Source: Azolla caroliniana (taxonomy: Eukaryota; Plantae; Polypodiophyta). From it: 64,000 nt of DNA. Shown here piece by piece: positions 37,631 through 49,574 of the stretch. The stretch covers positions 16,616,001 to 16,680,000 of the forward strand of contig JBHGNT010000003.1 of assembly GCA_043228905.1 (NCBI GenBank), written 5' to 3'. The notes below the pieces were generated by a model. That model was not told the DNA's origin. It searched no databases and saw nothing but the letters and a program-made list of their open reading frames with translations. Both the position numbers and the translations under genes were made by a program. The number at the start of each line of letters is the position of its first letter. The first letter of the stretch is position 1.

Positions 37631-39749
37631 GATGAAGCCGCGACCGACCGCAAACCTGCCGACGGCTGAGCCCAACCCCCTAGCCCAAGAAGAGCCCATA
37701 GAACCCAGACCGCCCACATAGGACGATCGCGACACCATGAGGGAACCACACCACGATGCACCTATGGGGCCTATGTCGTCCCCGGATGCGGACACCGTAG
37801 CAAAGCCAAACATCATGGGAATTTTGGAAGAAGATTAAAGGGATGGGTCCGAGGTGCCATGGCACTGTCCCACAAGCGTGCCAGGTGTTGTCCGCCGGAA
37901 TTGTAACCGACGGTCAAGAGCGCAGGAACACGGAATAGTATAATATTGTAATGCATGTAACGGTTCACGCGGGAAGCGTGAACGGCTAAAAGACCTTGCG
38001 TATATAAAGGGCAGAAAACCTTTGATAGAGGGAGCATGTAATTTTGAATGTAAGAGGCGTATCGTAATACAGTTCTATCTTCTCTGAGCTCTGTGTGTAG
38101 CTACGACTAATCTATTGTGTGTCTGTAACACTTGAGAGCGTAGGAGTAAGTAACGGTGTGTGTGTTAGCCCATTGTCAAAGGAGCTCGGTTGTAGCCGTC
38201 TCCCTTATACGCTGCTAGGTTACGGGGAATATCCCACTAAGTATTACGCACAGACGCTACCATTCGTGGTCACACAGTCACTTGGAGGTCTAGGTCGAAG
38301 GACTGACCATAGACCGTGTTCCTAGTCGGTAACACATACCCGACTGGAAGAAGAAGGCCAACACTTGGACATGGTCCGTGAAGGGCCTAAAGATCGAGGA
38401 TGAGTTGGAGATAGCCAACTCGGACAAGAGCGGGAACGAATCAGAGGCAACCAATTCGGTTCAACAGTTTGATTCGGAGGTGTCAGGTCATTTGAAGGCC
38501 AAGAAAACAAGAAGGTAGCGGAAGTCATTGACACGAAGGAGCCAATGGGTCAAGAAGCACTGAAGTCGGAGCAACGATGGGGCTGAGATGGGCCAATCGA
38601 GAAGGTCAAGGAGTGTGGAACTGGACGGATCGTCGAAAGCGGGACGGGACGGGGCAAGGAGCATGAGCAAGGAGAGAAGACGCCAGGAGGAGCTGGAGGG
38701 AAGGACCGATAGAAACTGACACCACAATACGACCCCAAGTTCAACTTGAGGGGGAGTGTTGAGCGAGGAAGCCCAACATGATCCGATGGCTGAACAAGCC
38801 AAGAGCCAGATCAGTGTCCAGATCTAAATGTAATCGGTAGGTTGTTAGAGGCCTACTATCCTAGCCTAGTACGTAGGCATATTTTTGGGAATCAGTGTCA
38901 GTCGCTCAGTACGAGCATTGAAGTACATGTCAGTACTTTTGTCTGTCCTTTTATGGACTTGTATAAAAATGCTTAGGGAGCACATTGTATGTACACAGAC
39001 AGAGTCTTTGAGTATTTTTGAAATTGAGTGTTTACTGTTCTGCTCTCTCTTTGTCTCTCCCGCTCTCTTTGTGTGTATTGTGTGAAGCTTTCTATTAAAC
39101 CTATGTATATTTTCTGTTGCTATCCATGAAGCCAATTTCATCTACAAGCTTCCGCACGCAATTCTTTTCAAAGAAGTATTAAATGCATCATTGGAATCCT
39201 CAACTAAGAACCTAAATCCTATCTCCACAGGTGTAGAAACCGACTTGCCATCCTCAAAGTTAAAACGTTGTAGTAGTTTTTCGACAAACTTTCCTTGATG
39301 CATAACCATAGCCCCCTCAACGGATACAAATTGGATGCCAAGATAGTAGCTCAAAAGACCAAGATAAATGACATCAAAAGTATGTTGCAAATCAGCCATA
39401 AGAATGTCAAGTTTTGCATCGCATCCCCATCTTTGTGTACATAAAGTGTGCTTTCAATCAGACTACATGTGAAGCCAAGAGCAATCAAGTTCCTCTCAAT
39501 TTTTTCATACCGTGCATGTGGAGCTTGCTTGATACCATACAAGGCTTTATGCAAGCGACAAACCATATGTTGTTTCCCTTTCATAGAAAATCTAGGAGGT
39601 TGCTTCACATAAACCTCTTCTTGTAAATCACCATTCAAGAAAGCTATTTTTATTCAAAGCAATGCAATTTCCAACCTCTTTGGGTAGCCAATATAACCAT
39701 GGTAAAAATGGTAATATGGTAAGTATACACGTTTTGAAACACTTGTCCA

Positions 39750-40100
39750 CCATGCACAATTGAAGATGACGTTTGAAGGTTGGCACAAGGCATCAACTTT
39801 GCACCCAAAGCCGTCATTTGGGCAAATCCCATGGAACTCATCATCTTCACTTTCCAATCATAACCTTGACAAACTTGGATAAGAGCTTGAAAAGATGTTG
39901 GATCCTTCAAGGTTGCCTCCAAACAAAAATGCATGTCAAGGCCCATCTTAAATCGTTCCATCTTAAACCACTCGTCTTTAGTGCCACCACGAAGATGAAT
40001 CCACGTCATCCACAATTCCTTAAACTTTCTTTCATACTCTATGAAACCAAAAGGTGATTCCATCATTAGTCGAAAAAGTTATTCACTTACTTTGGTTTCA
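39750..40100 (-). mobile_element. Gag-like retroelement fragment
   Basis: YERKFKELW..K.ERF..GL....P.SFQ.LI pattern resembles retrotransposon gag; weak support. Confidence 0.4.
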
Positions 40101-40119
40101 CTTCGTCGTTGAATATATC

Positions 40120-41206
40120 TTGGACGAAATCGAGTCTTAGTATTTCGAAAGATGGTGAGACTTAGATATCAAGAAAGCTCCAGTATGCAGTCGGAGTGGT
40201 CCACCAGTTCATGAGCAATCCGGGAAGAGAGCATTGGGCAACAATCAAGTGGACACTCCGATACCTAAAAGGCACCTTGAGCTTGTGCCTCCGATTCGAC
40301 TCAGGTAAACCCCAATTGGAATGTTTCACCGATTCAAACATGTCGGTTGATGTAGATACCAGTCGATCCACGTCCGGATACATCATGACATATGTATGGT
40401 GAGCCGTATCGTGGCAATCGAGGCTATACAAGTTCATTTCAATATCAACAACGAAAGAAGAGTACATGGAAGTCGTGGAAGCCGGCAAGGAAGTAATCTG
40501 GATGAAGGACTTCATCAGAGAGCTAGGGATTCGACAGGAGGAATACTGGCTCTATTGCGACAGTCAAAGTGCCATCCACCTTGCAAAGAACGCACCCTAC
40601 CACTCCCGGACAAAGCACACCTAGAGGAGATATCACTAGCTCTAGGAGAAGGTACAAGATAAAGAATTTTCGCTGATGAAGATCTATACGAAGGAGAACG
40701 GGTTGGATATGTGGACTAAGGTGCTGACAACCGACAAGCTAGTTGCGTGCTGGAAATGGATCAGATTGACAAGGCATCCCATGCTGGAGTGAAGGGGGAG
40801 TTTGTTGGGAAACTGGTTCCTCCGAATGAGAACCAGACGAGTTTGATCGGACGAGTTGAAGGAAGGAACCAGATTGAATGGATCCGGAATATATCCAGAT
40901 GGTCATATTTGTAAATAGCCCCAAACCTTATATATGTATGAATATAACTAGGGCAACATTGTTCTATGTGTGGTTGTAGTAGTTGTTATTATCGTTGTAT
41001 AGAGAGAGAGAGAGAGAGAGAGAGAGATACAAAGAGTCTTCTGTTGTAACCGGAAGTTGGTGAAGCTAGACCTCGACGTCATTGCCTCTGAGTCTCACAT
41101 TGTTGTACCTATTCTCTAAAGTGATCCTATTCGAAGTCAGAGAACTCTTGTGATTTCTCCCAATTAGTGTTTTCCACATTAACATCCAGTGTCGTCTCGG
41201 TTGTTT
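40120..41206 (+). mobile_element. Copia 3' fragment (RNase H, PPT, partial LTR from 40803)
   Basis: FMSNPGREHW..FTDSNM..RSTSGY; PPT GAAGGGGGAG 40791-40800; LTR begins TGTTGGGAAA. Confidence 0.85.
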
Positions 41207-41469
41207 GTGTAAGTGTGTGGAATAGCGCTTGGCCAGAACTGAGTCTTAAACTCAATGGAAGAACAAAGTAGAAATGGAGATTAATACACTTACATAGACA
41301 ACAGAGAGGACACATGATGTCTACATGGAAAACCCTAATAGGGAAAAACTACAGGATCCCACACACTCCAACTATGACTATAAGAGAAAGGGATACAATA
41401 GGAGCCTTAGAGGCAATGACCTCGAGCTCTTTGCCTTCACCAACTCGTGGTTACAACAGAAAAACTTTT

Positions 41470-41514
<45 letters not shown>

Positions 41515-44500
41515 CCTCTATACAACAAATAATGACAACAAGTCATTACAAAGTGATCGCCCTAAGTCATATTTATACTTATATAACTCTAGGACTATTT
41601 ACAAATGTGGCCATCACAGGCACACTAGAAACATATTTAGAGATATGTCCTAGATCTGGTTCACACCGGATCCATCCGGTCCGGTTCCTCCGGATCCTAT
41701 ATGGGGAGGACCTCTTTCCCAAAAAACTCCCCCTTCACTCCGGCATGGGATGTCCCATCATTCCGATTCGTCTCTCACACACGTCCAGCTTGTTGGCTAA
41801 CAACACCTTGGTCAGCATGTCTGACCCGTTCTTCTCCGTATGGATCTACATCAGTACGAACTCTTTATCTTCTAACTTCTCCCAAAGCCAATGATATCTC
41901 CTATGGATGTGCTTAGTTCGGGAATGGTAGGTTGCATTCTTTGCGAGGTGGATGGCACTTTGACTATCGTAGTACAACCGGAATTCCTCCTACCGAATCC
42001 CTAGCTCTTTGATGAAGTCCTTCATCCAGATTACCTCTTTACCGGCTTCTATAGCCACTATTACGGGCATGACCATATAATATCCCATGGTGAGAATTTA
42101 CCGTAGTATTCTATACACATGGATAAGTGTGAGGGTTAAACAAGAGTGTAAAGAAGGGGAGGATTACTTTTAATCCTCGGGATTGAGACAACCCATTAGG
42201 CCAAGTGTGAACTTGCTTGGGGCCTTGGGTATCACTATAAATAAGAGGCCTAGCTACCCTCATTTCATCATCTGGTTGACTACGTCAAGACTCTGTCTTG
42301 TGGTGGGTCAACTCTTGTAGCGAGCGCGCCAGCACCAAGTACGACTCGACGCCACGGCGGTGGTGTGGGATGTTGATCGAGGCTCGAGTCCATCTCGATC
42401 CCTTCGCTCGGGGGTGGTCAGGTGGATCGACACCCTTCTTTCTCTCTCTCCTTTCTATCTAGATCTATATTCTATCCTTATCTAATGCTTACATTAGTCC
42501 ATGTCTCTAAAAGACACAATGTACTCCGCTTCCGTTCTCGACAGTGCAATGGACTTCTGCAGCCTCGACTACCACGATACATCTCCCCCTGCATAAGTCA
42601 TGACATATCCGGATGTAGACTGGATGGTATCCGCATCAGCCAGCATATCCTAATCCATGAATCTTTCAAATTGGGGTTATCCAGAGACGAATCAGAGGCA
42701 CGTACTCGAGGTTCCTTTCAAGTACCGGAGTATCCACTCGACCGTGGTCTAGTGTTCTCATCTTGGATTGCTCATGAATCTGACTGACCACTCTAACTGC
42801 ATATTTGATATTTGGTCGGGTACACACCATTGCATAGATCAAACTTCTGATGGCATAAGCATATGATATCTTCATCATCTTTGACTTCTCTTCGTCTTCG
42901 GGCTTTGTTTTCCGGACAACTTGCAATTTGCCAGAACTATCGATCCGACCTGCTTCGCATCCAACATATTGAACCTCTGAAGCACCTTTGTCACGTACTT
43001 TTCCTATGATAGCCACAACTGCTTCTTCGACTGGTCCAGGATTATTTGCATCCTTAGGATCTGTCTCGTCGGACCTAGATCTTTCATTGAGAAGGTCTGG
43101 TTCAAGGCCTTCTTCAGATTTCTGATTTTGGTTTGGTCTGGTCCGACGATTAGCATGTCATCCACATATAGCAATAGTATCAAGAAGTCTCCTCAGGCGA
43201 AATTCTTCACTAACACATAGTGGTCGGCTTGTGTCTTGTGATATCCCTTATCGGTAATGAAGGAGTTGAACATCCGGTACCATTGTCGGGGAGCTTGCTT
43301 CAGTCCATATAAGCTCTTCTTCAACCGACATACCAGTTGTTCCTTCCCTTTCTTGACAAATCCCTCCGGTTGTTGCATGTAGATCTCTTCTTTGATGCCA
43401 CCGTGCAGGAACGTCGTCTTGACGTCTAGCTACTGGACCTCAGGATCCATGCTTGCCGCTATGCTCAACACAATCAGGATGGATGTCATCTTCACTACTG
43501 AGGCAAAGATTTCATCGAAGCCCACTCCTTTCTTCTGCTGGAAGCCCTTCACCACAATCCGGGCCTTATACCTTGGCGGATTTCTGAAGTCTCCCGGTTT
43601 TAGCTTGTACACCCACTTGTTCCGGAGCGCTCTCTTTCCTTTCGGCAACTCCGTCAATTCATATGTGTGGTTCTCATGCAGGGACTCCATCTCATCCTAC
43701 ATGGCACTTAACCACTAATGGTTGTGGGTGTCTTTCCTAACTTCCTCGAAGCTTTCCCGCTCCCCCTCGTCGGTCATTAAGACATGCTCTGCATCCGAAA
43801 ATATCCAGGGGCCCTTGATATATCTCTGAGAGGATATATCTATCCTTGATTTTTTATCACTGGTTCCTCCATTTGTTCTTCATCTGAATCTGATCCGGGG
43901 TCTTGTCTAGTTCCGGTGTCCGATTCTTCTTCTTCGATTGGGTTGTTTCTTTTCCGAATCCGTCCAGTTCTTCGAGTGCCATCCTACTTCCGGCCGGATG
44001 AGTCCTTGTATCTTCTGATCAATCTCTGTCGGACGACCTAGAGTCCGTTATCTTCTTCTCCGATTCCCAGTCGATAATGTTCTTGTCTTCCGTGAAGACT
44101 ATGTCTCGACTCCGAAACACCTTCTTGTTGACCAGGTCCCACACTCGGTACTCAAACTCATCATCGCCATATCCAAAGAATATGCATGGCCGTAACTTCA
44201 GATCCAATTTCACTCTCTTTTTCTTTGCAACATGCATGTAGGCAAGACAATCGAACACCTTCAGATGTCGGTAAGATACGTCTTTACCAGTCCATACTCT
44301 CTGTGGTGTGTCTCCGTCCAAGGGCGCTGAGGGTGATCCATTTATCACATATGTCGTTGTAATCAGCGCCTCAGCCCAACATGTATTGGATAAGTTGGCA
44401 TGTGCTAGCATACTCCGGACTCTCTCCATTAGTCCGGTTCATCCTTTCGGCCAATCCGTTCAGTTTCGGTGTCTTCGGCATTGTGAATTCGAGCCGGATC

Positions 44501-45237
44501 CCCTTCGATCGGCAGTACTCTTCGAACTACCCTTGGTATTCTCCTATGTTGTCTACTCGAACCGCCTTCAGCTTCCGGTCGGTTTCCCTTTCCACTCTCG
44601 CGTGGAATTCCTTGAAGACGTATAGTACCTAATCCTTCGTCTTCAGCGGTGAGATCCATAACTTCTGACTATGGTCATCTATGAACGTTACGAAGTACTG
44701 CGATCCGGCATGTGACTTCGTGTCCACTTGGCATACATCGGTATGCACAAGCTCTAGCAGCGCATTCCGTTTCGTCGGTGGTCTCGACCAGAAAGAGGTT
44801 CGGTTTTGCTTGTCGGCCAAGCAATCAATGCACTTCTTAAGTTGTACGTCCTTCACCTCCTGAATGAGGTTATTTTCGACAAGTCTTCTCATCCCTTTCT
44901 GGATCATGTGACACGACGTCTTGTGCCACAGTTCACCGGCATGTTCGGATGCCATATTCACTTCCTCTCGGCAAATCCGGGGATGCATCGGGTACAATGT
45001 GTGTTGATCTTCCGGGCTCGAGTCACGATCAGGCTCCCTTTGGAGAACTTCATGACTCCGTTCCGGATGCTACCCATGTAGCCTTCATCATCTAGCTGAC
45101 CGGCTGATATCAGGTTCAACAGAACCTTCGAAACATGTCGTACGTCCTTCAACAACAACTTGCACCCGGTTGATGTCATCAACCACACGTCTCTTATGCC
45201 GATAATTCCGCATGCACCTTCATTTCCCATCTGGACA
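41207..45237 (-). mobile_element. 5'-truncated copia H (F family)
   Basis: 3' LTR ~41207-41722 and PPT ~41724-41736; RNase H, RT, integrase and protease fragments closely similar to F. Confidence 0.9.
42059..42512 (+). mobile_element. ~454-bp solo LTR in the RNase H of H
   Basis: Interrupts H; TSD GCCAC/GACAC; TATAAATA ~42236; decayed termini. Confidence 0.7.
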
Positions 45238-45239
45238 GA

Positions 45240-45727
45240 ACATTCTGTCAGTCCTTTTGAGGACTTATATAAAAGTGCTCACAGAGCACATTGTATGTAC
45301 AAAGTTTTACAGAGCTTTTGAAATTGAGGTTATTGTTTTGCTCTCTCTTTGTCTCTCTCTCACCTACTCTATGTATTCCACACTTTGTGTTTTCTGTTGC
45401 TATCCAGCTAAGCCGGTTGAGATGTGTTTAGCTTCCGCATATTTATCTTCACAAGTTTACCCTTATCCTTATATAGTGATGGGAGAGGCTAAGTATATCT
45501 TACCACATAGCAATCTATGTTTTTTTCTTTCCTAACTATGGATTTGATGCTTTTTTCTAACTATACTACTCATGCACACTAGTCATGCATGAGTAAGTTT
45601 GTGAGGATAAGGTCTTAAACATACTAAATCTATGATTATACCGTTCATGATAAGTTAGTATAATAGTAAGGCTTCGAATTATTAACATGGAGGTACAAGG
45701 TTTGAATCTTGCCCTATGGATGTAACA
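45240..45727. mobile_element. E-family LTR fragment (45240-45452) followed by an LTR end carrying a tRNA-like module
   Basis: Similar to 11560-11785; A/B boxes 45655-45712 followed by a TGTAACA terminus. Confidence 0.6.
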
Positions 45728-45779
45728 ATGTTTTAACATTTTTCTCCTTTTTCATCATACTTATTTAATCTGATATTTC

Positions 45780-47110
45780 ATACGATTTCACGTAGTGTAT
45801 GAAGTAAACCGCGACCAGTTTCACCTTTTACTCCATGGTCTTATACTTCGTGCAGACCATCACATCTTCTTTTTGGAGCACATTCGGCCCCATTTCCGCA
45901 TTGATCTTGTATGCTTCAACTGATTCCACCAGAACTATCCAGATTCCTTGCTCATTTGTACCCTCCATCTCTTCGAGCTTTTGTAGCATGCTCCCAAATA
46001 ACACTTCCTCAACTACCCCCATCATTTCTTCATTTTCTTTTATGATTGATGCAAACTTTAGCTCATCCTGTATCTTCTGGAGTTCTTTCTTCACAGAATG
46101 TGAGACCTCATCTTGCAAGAAGAAATTTTGGTCAATCTCCACATCTCCGATCTTCACCGTCACATCCGATCAAACCGCAAATAGATCTTTTGAGGCTTTT
46201 GTGGCTACCCGGATTTTCCATCCATGACTCGTGTTTATAGGCCACTTCCCCTTCCAGTAGAATTCCTTGTACATCACATTGATCTCTGATTTGTGGTCAA
46301 TCATTGCAACTATAGGCTCTTTGAGGCTTCCAATCCTGACCAAAGTCTTTGTAGTTGCTTGTGCCTAGTGTGGCTTTATGTAGTGGGTGATCGGAATTTC
46401 ATCCTTCGCTTCCGTGTTGTTCATTAGAATGGTACTCGCATTTACCCTTCGAGCATTTGACTCTTCCGTAGCTTTGCGATTCCGAGAAATTCTCAGAGGG
46501 AAAAGTCCACCTGACTATCAACGATTCTCTCCTCGAACACCTTCTTTATGTCCATCCATTGCTCAATGTCCGAGGCGAGTTTGAATGTAGGAATTGTCTT
46601 CCCTTTCCCTTCTCTCCAAAGTTCTAGTGTTCCGGATTCCTTGATGGTCCAGCCGCATTAGCCGTGCATCGTTGCTTCTCATCTACATACACCTCATGTA
46701 GTTAACATAAGGCATATACACTATTGTTATCTATGGGGCACTCCCATCCCGTAACTTCCCGAAGTTCATCTGTGGTGCTCTGGATTTCATTAGAGTTAGT
46801 TTTCTCCAAGATTTCTAGCACTTTTGGCCAGAAGGTTGCATTTGCTTCGTATGAGCCACCTACCTGTATTCGCGTGTTTGCCGCATATATGCTTCTCACT
46901 GTCATCTCCTCCTCTAACACCTTCTTCATACCACCTTTTTGGAAGTTCAGTTGGAGTGGCTTTCGGGAATCCATAGAATGGATTTGGTTACCTTCATAGT
47001 AGATGAGATCCTGCCGTAACGCCTCGTGTTCATCACAATCCTTGCGGTCATGTTCGGTGCTATCACACCATATACATCAATGGTCCATATACTTAGAACT
47101 CACAACCCGG
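45780..47110 (-). mobile_element. Degenerate gypsy gag-protease fragment
   Basis: Zinc knuckle CIWCDSTEHDRKDC ~47040-47085; protease VAMIDHKSEINVM ~46270-46310. Confidence 0.75.
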
Positions 47111-47990
47111 TGTCGTGAAGAAAACTGGCCATGGGAGGAATCGGGAGTCCAAATGCGTGAACCAATGCTACACGGATCAACATTTAATTGATTAACTTTG
47201 TACATAGTTAGGGATAGGTCGGTGTGATGTAGGCGGATTAAATTGAATAGGTTAGCAAATCAATGCGTATCTCTGTCCGAAGGGACAAAGAATAAAGATG
47301 ATGTAACTGGATGTGACAACTCTCCCTCGCCCGCCTATAAAAGGTGCGAGAGAAAGACTAAAAGGTATCGCGTTTTGGGGAGGAGGAAGTGTTGTCGGAC
47401 TGGGAAACGAGCACCGACCTCTATTTTTCTTGTATCAATCCATGTTGTAGTCTCTATTTGGTGGTAATCGATTCTTCCTAAGTGTAATCTCTGTCTATCT
47501 TTGGTGTGTTGTCGAGTCCCTGTCTGAACTGGCAAGTGTTGTGCTTGCCGGTACCTGGCGTCCACCGTTCTTTCTCTTTCCTTCCTCTTTTTCCTTCTAT
47601 CTTCGCACACTCCTCGGTCCAGGTCCCCCGTGGTCCCGCCTTAGTTTCCTACCCGCACGCGCGACAACACGACATTAATTTGGTGAACCCAACGTAAATC
47701 AAGGTGGCAGAGGAGTTGGAAGATGAGAGGATCCGAACTCGTCGATCCGAACTCGTCGAAGCCATTGCGGTAGCCATCGACCGGCTAGTGAGCACTCGTG
47801 AGGGTACGAGTACCCTCGATAGGGCCATCAAGTCTATTGTCGGCATGATAGGCCAGTTCGGGGGGGAGAACGCAACAAGTTATTTGGAGGCCTATCGAGC
47901 CAAGATGATAATGAGGTACATCCTGGGGGACAGACGACTGTCCGGATTCCCTCGGGTAGTGACACTGGGCATCCACGCGGAGGTGCAAGT
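47111..47990 (+). mobile_element. Truncated Trp-PBS gypsy: LTR 47111-47674, PBS and gag start
   Basis: TGTCG..CGACA ends; PBS TGGTGAACCCAACGT ~47681; gag GQFGGENATSYLEAY..M similar to D. Confidence 0.82.
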
Positions 47991-49513
47991 ATAGCCGAAC
48001 AACTTGTCGGCTACACATATGTCGATTAGGCCAAAAGTGCAGGTGATCGTCGATCAACATTGGATATGCATTCTTCTTAGGGAGTGCAATGGTCTCCTGG
48101 TGCAAAAAGAAGCAGCAGGTAGTGGCACTGTCGAGCATGACACCGAGTATAAAGGAGAGGCAATCACAATGTGAGACGTTGTATGGCTTAAGCGATTATT
48201 GAAGGATCTGCGGATGGAGGTTGTCAATCGGGCAGTGATCTACTGCGACAACCTCAACAATATCCAACTTGCTAAGAACCCCTTCTTCCACATTCAGACA
48301 AAGCACCTTGAAGTGCATTACCACTTCGTGCTCGAGCATGTCCTCTCTCGTGAAGTGGAACTACAATATGTTTCGACTGATCAACAGGTGGCCAATATCT
48401 TCATCAAACCTCTCGGACTTAACAACTTGCGGCAATTCACTGTTATGCTTGGTCTACAACGCCTCAACTTGCCAAACATGAGGAGGAGAGTGATAATCAA
48501 AGGACTCGGAGTCAAGGGGAGATTCATGGGGAAACTCGATGAGACAGTCAAATCGGCTAAGGAAGCCGAATTGGACAAGAGAACGACTCGAAGAAAAATT
48601 CGCTAAGACAAGACTAGCTAACTGTAGGGGGAGCAGTATGAGCGAGCCAGAGCCAGTCGAACACAGGGGGAAAACCGATAAGAAGAAACCCGAGAAGCCT
48701 TGGGCTTAGATAGGCAATAACCGGACTGAAGACGAATTGGAGACAACCGATTCGGTTAACAGTGGAGATGAATCGAAGACAGCTAATTCGGTCGTAAGGA
48801 GTGATTCAGACGAGCTAAATCATATGAAGGCCAATTAGATAAGGTAGCAATTCAAGCCAGCGTCGATACGGAGGAGCCGATGGGTCAAGGGCCGCCAATT
48901 TCGTAGAGGCAAGGAGAAGTCCGTCGAGGACCTTGGAAGTAGACACGCTGACCGAGCAGGTCAAGGACCATGGGACTGGACGGGTCATGGAGCGCGAGCT
49001 AGAAGGCAACCAACCAGCAGAAGCCGAAGAGAAGTACCAACTAGAGTAGAGAAACTAGTAGGACCTTAAGTTGAGCTTGAGGGGGAATGTTGAGAGACAA
49101 GCTCAACATTAGCTGAATCGGCTAAAGAAGTTGATAACCGAGTTGGCTGAGGAGGATTGGTTGTAGAAGTTGAATACCAGAGCGGCCGAATAAGCCGGTA
49201 GGTCGTTTTGGCCTATACTCCTATTAATAGGAATAGGAATATTTAAATAGGGAGTTCATGTGAAATGCTCTTTATTAGCATTCAAGTACGTGTCAGTACT
49301 TGTGTCAACTTGCCCTTAGGGCTTGTATAAAAAGTGTTCACTAAGCATAGTTGCATGTAGAAAGTGTTATTTTGTTATAGAAGTTTTGGTTGTCTACTCA
49401 ACTCGCTCTCTCTCTCTCTACATTCTCTGTGTATTCCTAATTGTCAGCAGGTGTCCGACAGAGCCGGTTATGTCTGATTGTATTAGCTTCTACACGCTAT
49501 TCTTTTTCAAAAC
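47991..49513 (+). mobile_element. Copia 3' fragment (E-related): RNase H, 3' region, PPT, LTR 49089-~49513
   Basis: SWCKKKQQVVALS..IYCDN..KHLEVHYHF..QVANIF.KPL; PPT TTGAGGGGGAA followed by TGTTGAG. Confidence 0.85.
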
Positions 49514-49574
49514 ATTAGGCATATCATTGATCATACATGATAATATACGAAAAATAATAATAGTAACATTGATC

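Larger units (their letters stand above)
24729..38334 (+). mobile_element. Full-length non-chromovirus Ty3/gypsy element C with an extra 3' ORF
   Basis: 449-bp LTRs 24729-25177 and 37886-38334; TSD CATAG/CATAC; Arg-type PBS 25182-25195. Gag from ~25466; protease ~30940 (IINGGSGVN); RT 31777-32457 (SFLDGFSGYNQ, FLDD); RNase H (VDASDIAIG, ERNYSTTERE); integrase 33760-34670 (WGLDFVG, SDQGSHF, PQANG). Confidence 0.95.
11387..39170 (+). mobile_element. Full-length degenerate copia E hosting F, B and C
   Basis: LTRs 11387-11785 and 38757-39170; PBS 11786-11797; PPT 38746-38756; TSD GAGAA/AAGAA. Gag 11883-11976 plus 17370-18070 (CWYCGKKGHRESEC); protease WYIDSGAS ~18246; integrase ~21730-22560; RT ~23050-24050; RNase H ~24085-24540. 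Confidence 0.92.
10780..39750 (-). mobile_element. Old copia A (RT/RNase H remnant) split by the 27.8-kb insertion of element E
   Basis: RT AFLNGDLQEEVY..LYGIKQAP..YYLGIQ at 39171-39650 continues (FNTS|LYQQDVGCLIY) at 11386 into RNase H FTDSDWVG..EVEY..TKHIEVHY. Confidence 0.85.

Noticed and set aside
41470-41512. (CT)n/(GA)n and (TA)n microsatellites
   Set aside because: Ordinary components of LTRs and intergenic DNA.
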